NCBI GenBank assembly: GCA_963675495.1
Contig: OY776215.1
Span: forward strand, 1,312,001-1,376,000
From: an uncultured Methanolobus sp.
GTDB taxonomy: Archaea; Halobacteriota; Methanosarcinia; Methanosarcinales; Methanosarcinaceae
Reading direction: 5' to 3'
DNA length: 64,000 bases
Below the pieces are notes generated by a model. The model worked only from the letters and a program-made list of their open reading frames with translations. It was not told the DNA's origin and ran no database searches. Position numbers and translations under genes: made by a program. This document shows, piece by piece, positions 60,061-64,000 of the stretch. How positions within the stretch are numbered: the first letter of the stretch is position 1; each line of letters begins with the position of its first letter.

Positions 60061-63000
60061 TTATTCTCTTCTTCGCAGAACTACAATACAAGCCAGCAGT
60101 GCTACTATGCTAATGGTGAGTATCCAGAATGAAGCAGATGAACCTGATGTTTCCTCATCAGCAGGGAAACTTCCTTTTTCTTCCTCTTCCTCTAACGATA
60201 TCGGTGTATCTGTCTGAGTACCCACTGTTCCTTCGCTTGCTACTTCTGATCCAAGAGGTGTATCATCTTTCGAATCAATAATACCATCATTGTCAGTATC
60301 TGCGTTGAAAGGATCAGTGCCTATCCTTCTCTCTACAAAATCGAACAGACCATCACGATCAGAATCAAGTGGACTGTCATCATCACTGTCATCTTCTGAT
60401 ACAAAGGACTCAACTCTTACTTCTCCGCAAAGTCCGTAAGTGCTGAAGTGAGATACGTTAGCCCACATGTAACCTTCATATTCATTACCATCAACGATAT
60501 CGTTCTCGGTGTTTATTCCAAGTTCATAGACCCAGTCCATATCAGTACTCATCTTTTCCCACTGGCTACTGGTCTCGTTGTACCAGACCATTGAAAGTAT
60601 GGATTCATCGACGTCACCAACATCGTTGCCATCAAGGTCTCCTGTCCTGTCAAGATCACGACCAGTGTAATAGATCACGATCAAGGCACGCTGGATATTG
60701 TTGACAGTTCCGTTCATGACATTATCACTGACATTGATATCAAGATACTTGACACCAAGATCTTCCGGGGATAATCCGAAGCTGAGGTTATGAGGAAGCT
60801 CGTTCTCATCGTGCCGGACCAGTTCTATTGAAGGTCTGACCGGTTCTTTAAGTTCGACCATCACATAAAGTCCTAGATCGCTGATAGAATCTGCCTTGAA
60901 CTGACTTACTGTTGTCAGGTACTCCAGATCAGAACCTGTCTTGAACAGTTCAAGGACCTTATAATGGTCATTTGCATATGGATGTGAGAGCATTACTACC
61001 GTCTGGTTATCTGACCAGACATCATATTCCACACCGAAACGTTCATAGACCGATCTTTGCATTTCTGAAAGCTTGTCCGGAGCTACAGAAGCAAGTATGT
61101 TCATAGTGATATTGCCTGCTGTAGTATCGTCCGTTCCAGGCCTTCCAACGAGCAGGATATTCTCTTTATCAGAGTATTTTCCGATATCATCTGGCTGGAA
61201 TACAGTCACATTAGTATACTTCTCAAGATTCTCTATAAGCTCTAGGGTATCCTCGTCCTCATCATAGCTTGCCCATATCCTTTCAACATTTGATGCAAAT
61301 GTATATGGATCCTCGGAATCATTCAGACCATTTCCATCCGTATCACCGTTATTAGGGTCCGTACCGTTGATCAGCTCGAACAGATCAGAAAGGCCATCTC
61401 CATCTGTATCATTACTTCTTGGATCGGTCATGTTACTTATTTCCTGACCATCAAGAATACCATCACCATCAGTATCATTGAGGTACATGCTGGTATTATA
61501 GAAGATCTCATAACCATCAAGCAGGCCGTCACCATCAATATCAGGATTACATGCATGATCATTCTCCCAACTAAATTCCTCACCATCTGGTATAAGGTCA
61601 TCATCGGAATCAGCATCTGTCATACTTGTACAGGTCTCCTCCTCCTCACTATCAGTGAGCCCGTCACCATCGGTATCATTGTTGTTTGGGTCTGTACCAT
61701 AATTAAATTCATCCATATCGTTTAACCAATCACCATCGGTATCCCTCATTAATGGATCAGAGCCAAATATTATCTCAGTGTTGTCATCCAGATGATCTCC
61801 GTCAGTATCACAATCAAGAATATCTGTTCCCAGATTGATCTCCACAAGGTCACTCAAGCCATCATCATCTGAATCAGTGTCCCGTGGATTGGATGAATTA
61901 CTGTACTCTGCAAAGTCGCTCAGACCATCATAGTCAGTGTCTTTATTAAGAGGTTCACTGTCAACACGAACTGTGTAAGTACCCGATTCATTGGTAAATG
62001 TCACATCCCATCCGGCAGTTTCAATGACATCCATCAGGACGTCGCTATCCGTATCGGTAATGTTGGTCGGTGACATCGGGTTAAGATTGCTCAGATATTC
62101 CGCCTCATCTCCAAGGCCATCCCTGTCACTATCAGGTGACAAAGGATCCGAGTAGACCGTCATATTAAATGTACTGCCACCGTAGTTGAAACTGATCTGC
62201 CATCCACTGATCTCCAAATAGTCTGACATGTTATCGTTGTCAGTATCGTAGTCTGACATGTTCGTGCCATAGATGAGTTCCATCCTGTCATTCAGGCCAT
62301 CTCCATCCTTGTCGGATCTAGCAGGGTCAGAATATATAGTATTTAGCTCAAAATTATCACTCAAGCCATCACCGTCTGCATCCCATGCACTTGGGTATGG
62401 ATCATCATCATTGGCAAGACCATCTTGATCATAGTCCAGTGCAGAGAGTTGACCCCATCGTACAAGACCATCTAAACTATTAGGAAGTATATCAAAGTAG
62501 ATAGGGTCCATTACACTGTAAGTTGAGTCTGTTTCTTCCACTGTAGTATACTTATAACCATTCCAGAAATCCCATTCTATCTTACGGTCAGTATATATTA
62601 TTTTATAATCTGCTGTGAAGTATAGTCTTAGAGGGAAATTTATATAGGCAGTATCTGGTTCGATCCATGCAACAGCCTCATAGGTAGTGTTCTGTTGATC
62701 AGGATAGAAACTTTGTACTGATACGGTATTAGTGTAATCGCCATAGTCTGCTTGCCACCAAGCAAATGGTGTTTGTTCGTCCCCCCAGCGACTGTTCTTG
62801 TAGTGAGGAACTATATAGCTGTCCTGAACATTCTGCCAGGTACCAGAAGATGTTCGTGTTATTGTTCCGTCAATATAACTCCTGAAAATTATCTGGTCGC
62901 CCAGGTCCAATCCATTGCTTTCATTATCCCTGAGATCAAGTGATGTATTAATCATACCCAATGAGCACTCTGTGTTTGGGTACGTTTGATGGAATTTACC

Positions 63001-64000
63001 AACAAGCCATGAGATGAAATCAGAGAAACCTATTCCAAATAGTCCGAGGATAAAATCGGTCAGACCTATAAGTCCCATAATGATTCCTCCTACAAGTGCA
63101 ATTATCCATCCTACTGTAGGTATTGCTGCACATGCCAGAAGAAGCACACCGATAGCAAGCATGACAGAAGCATATAGGATCATTATCGTAGCATAAACAG
63201 TACCCTGGAAAGTTCCGGTGTTCGACCAGCCCTCGCTCATTGCTATATTGAAAAAACCCCATAATGCAAAGCCAACGTCAAAGACAAATCCTGCGACCAT
63301 GGTGATCATGCCGATCACACCAAGTACTTTACCAAAACCATTCAGGCCCTTGGCAATGCTACCAACCACCCCAAGGGTTTTGTTCAGTGACTGGCTGGTG
63401 GTCAGCAGTATTCCTAAGAACCCTTTTACTGTTTCCAGTACATATTTGGTGGCAAAGAAGGCCCGGTAAGCTATTTCTGTTGTATTTGCAACAAGGTCCA
63501 TGAAAGCAAAGCTTACAAAAATAATATTTCCTGCCCAGGACTGAATATCATCGAGAATTTCCATTGCCAATGGATATTCAAAGGACAGAAGTGTTCCACC
63601 TATCTTTGTGACCTTTGATTCACCTACAGACCATACGAGTGACAAAGCCATGACAGATTGAAGGGAGTCTGCATTTATACTCACTGCATTACCCCAGTCC
63701 TCAAGTTCACCGAGCATGGATTCTGAACCTACCCGGGAATTATCTGTGGTATTGTACCAGTTTGTCTGCAGTGTCTTTAAAGAGATCACGGGTTCACTGC
63801 TCATATCTATTGAAAGGTCATTGCCCATAATGTATGAACCTGAGCCCATATCAGAAAGGTCAGATATTGTGAAATCATTCTGGATCGCAGAGATCACAGG
63901 AAGTATGCGGTCATCAGGAAGTGAATCCAGGGCACCCGGAGTCATTTCAGTGGTAAGCGCCTGTAATCCGATATCTTGATGTTCAAAACTATCAATATCA
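60061..64000 (-). CDS. giant surface protein with hydrophobic helical region, DxDxDG Ca-binding repeats and C-terminal anchor (5' end outside window)
   Basis: Frame stays open from 63945 to the window edge. Many DTDGDGLxDxxE repeats, a PGF-pre-PGF-like SHFSTY domain, and a C-terminal TM followed by RRR. Confidence 0.88.
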   Translation of the reverse strand, partial: DIDSFEHQDIGLQALTTEMTPGALDSLPDDRILPVISAIQNDFTISDLSDMGSGSYIMGNDLSIDMSSEPVISLKTLQTNWYNTTDNSRVGSESMLGELEDWGNAVSINADSLQSVMALSLVWSVGESKVTKIGGTLLSFEYPLAMEILDDIQSWAGNIIFVSFAFMDLVANTTEIAYRAFFATKYVLETVKGFLGILLTTSQSLNKTLGVVGSIAKGLNGFGKVLGVIGMITMVAGFVFDVGFALWGFFNIAMSEGWSNTGTFQGTVYATIMILYASVMLAIGVLLLACAAIPTVGWIIALVGGIIMGLIGLTDFILGLFGIGFSDFISWLVGKFHQTYPNTECSLGMINTSLDLRDNESNGLDLGDQIIFRSYIDGTITRTSSGTWQNVQDSYIVPHYKNSRWGDEQTPFAWWQADYGDYTNTVSVQSFYPDQQNTTYEAVAWIEPDTAYINFPLRLYFTADYKIIYTDRKIEWDFWNGYKYTTVEETDSTYSVMDPIYFDILPNSLDGLVRWGQLSALDYDQDGLANDDDPYPSAWDADGDGLSDNFELNTIYSDPARSDKDGDGLNDRMELIYGTNMSDYDTDNDNMSDYLEISGWQISFNYGGSTFNMTVYSDPLSPDSDRDGLGDEAEYLSNLNPMSPTNITDTDSDVLMDVIETAGWDVTFTNESGTYTVRVDSEPLNKDTDYDGLSDFAEYSNSSNPRDTDSDDDGLSDLVEINLGTDILDCDTDGDHLDDNTEIIFGSDPLMRDTDGDWLNDMDEFNYGTDPNNNDTDGDGLTDSEEEETCTSMTDADSDDDLIPDGEEFSWENDHACNPDIDGDGLLDGYEIFYNTSMYLNDTDGDGILDGQEISNMTDPRSNDTDGDGLSDLFELINGTDPNNGDTDGNGLNDSEDPYTFASNVERIWASYDEDEDTLELIENLEKYTNVTVFQPDDIGKYSDKENILLVGRPGTDDTTAGNITMNILASVAPDKLSEMQRSVYERFGVEYDVWSDNQTVVMLSHPYANDHYKVLELFKTGSDLEYLTTVSQFKADSISDLGLYVMVELKEPVRPSIELVRHDENELPHNLSFGLSPEDLGVKYLDINVSDNVMNGTVNNIQRALIVIYYTGRDLDRTGDLDGNDVGDVDESILSMVWYNETSSQWEKMSTDMDWVYELGINTENDIVDGNEYEGYMWANVSHFSTYGLCGEVRVESFVSEDDSDDDSPLDSDRDGLFDFVERRIGTDPFNADTDNDGIIDSKDDTPLGSEVASEGTVGTQTDTPISLEEEEEKGSFPADEETSGSSASFWILTISIVALLACIVVLRRRE

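Overview
Chromosomal window from a methanogenic archaeon of the Methanosarcinaceae (Methanolobus/Methanococcoides-like, inferred from gene content). The left 38 kb is mostly core or semi-core: mfnB, tmk, polX, methanogenesis markers 14 and 8, trx, copZA, a siroheme sulfite-reductase-like gene divergent from a YHS-FrhB-family gene, a TrmB/ABC exporter block, gatCAB, rpl40e, GGGP synthase, an AtwA paralog and a UbiB-type kinase. From 37.4 kb comes a nitrogen locus: nrpR, amtB-glnK, then a [2Fe-2S] ferredoxin and nifH-I1-I2-D-K-E-N. This locus is interrupted by a ~9.8 kb defence island, a Type I R-M operon (hsdR-X1-hsdS-X2-hsdM) with two translationally coupled Schlafen/AlbA_2-HATPase-wHTH genes. 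The island also carries three unrelated 12-bp tandem arrays, a relic second hsdR tail and a receiver-domain pseudogene. The window ends in a giant surface protein (truncated by the window edge) with a pore-former-like hydrophobic region and Ca-binding repeats. The best leads are the R-M/Schlafen arrangement with its 12-bp arrays (one unit is read in two frames, suggesting a DNA-level role), an exact TTTAAATA-N21-TCCG motif shared by the amtB, ferredoxin and nifH promoters, a possible split F420-dependent sulfite reductase, and the giant surface protein. All assignments were made by eye from motifs; no database searches were run. No rRNA, tRNA or CRISPR array was seen.
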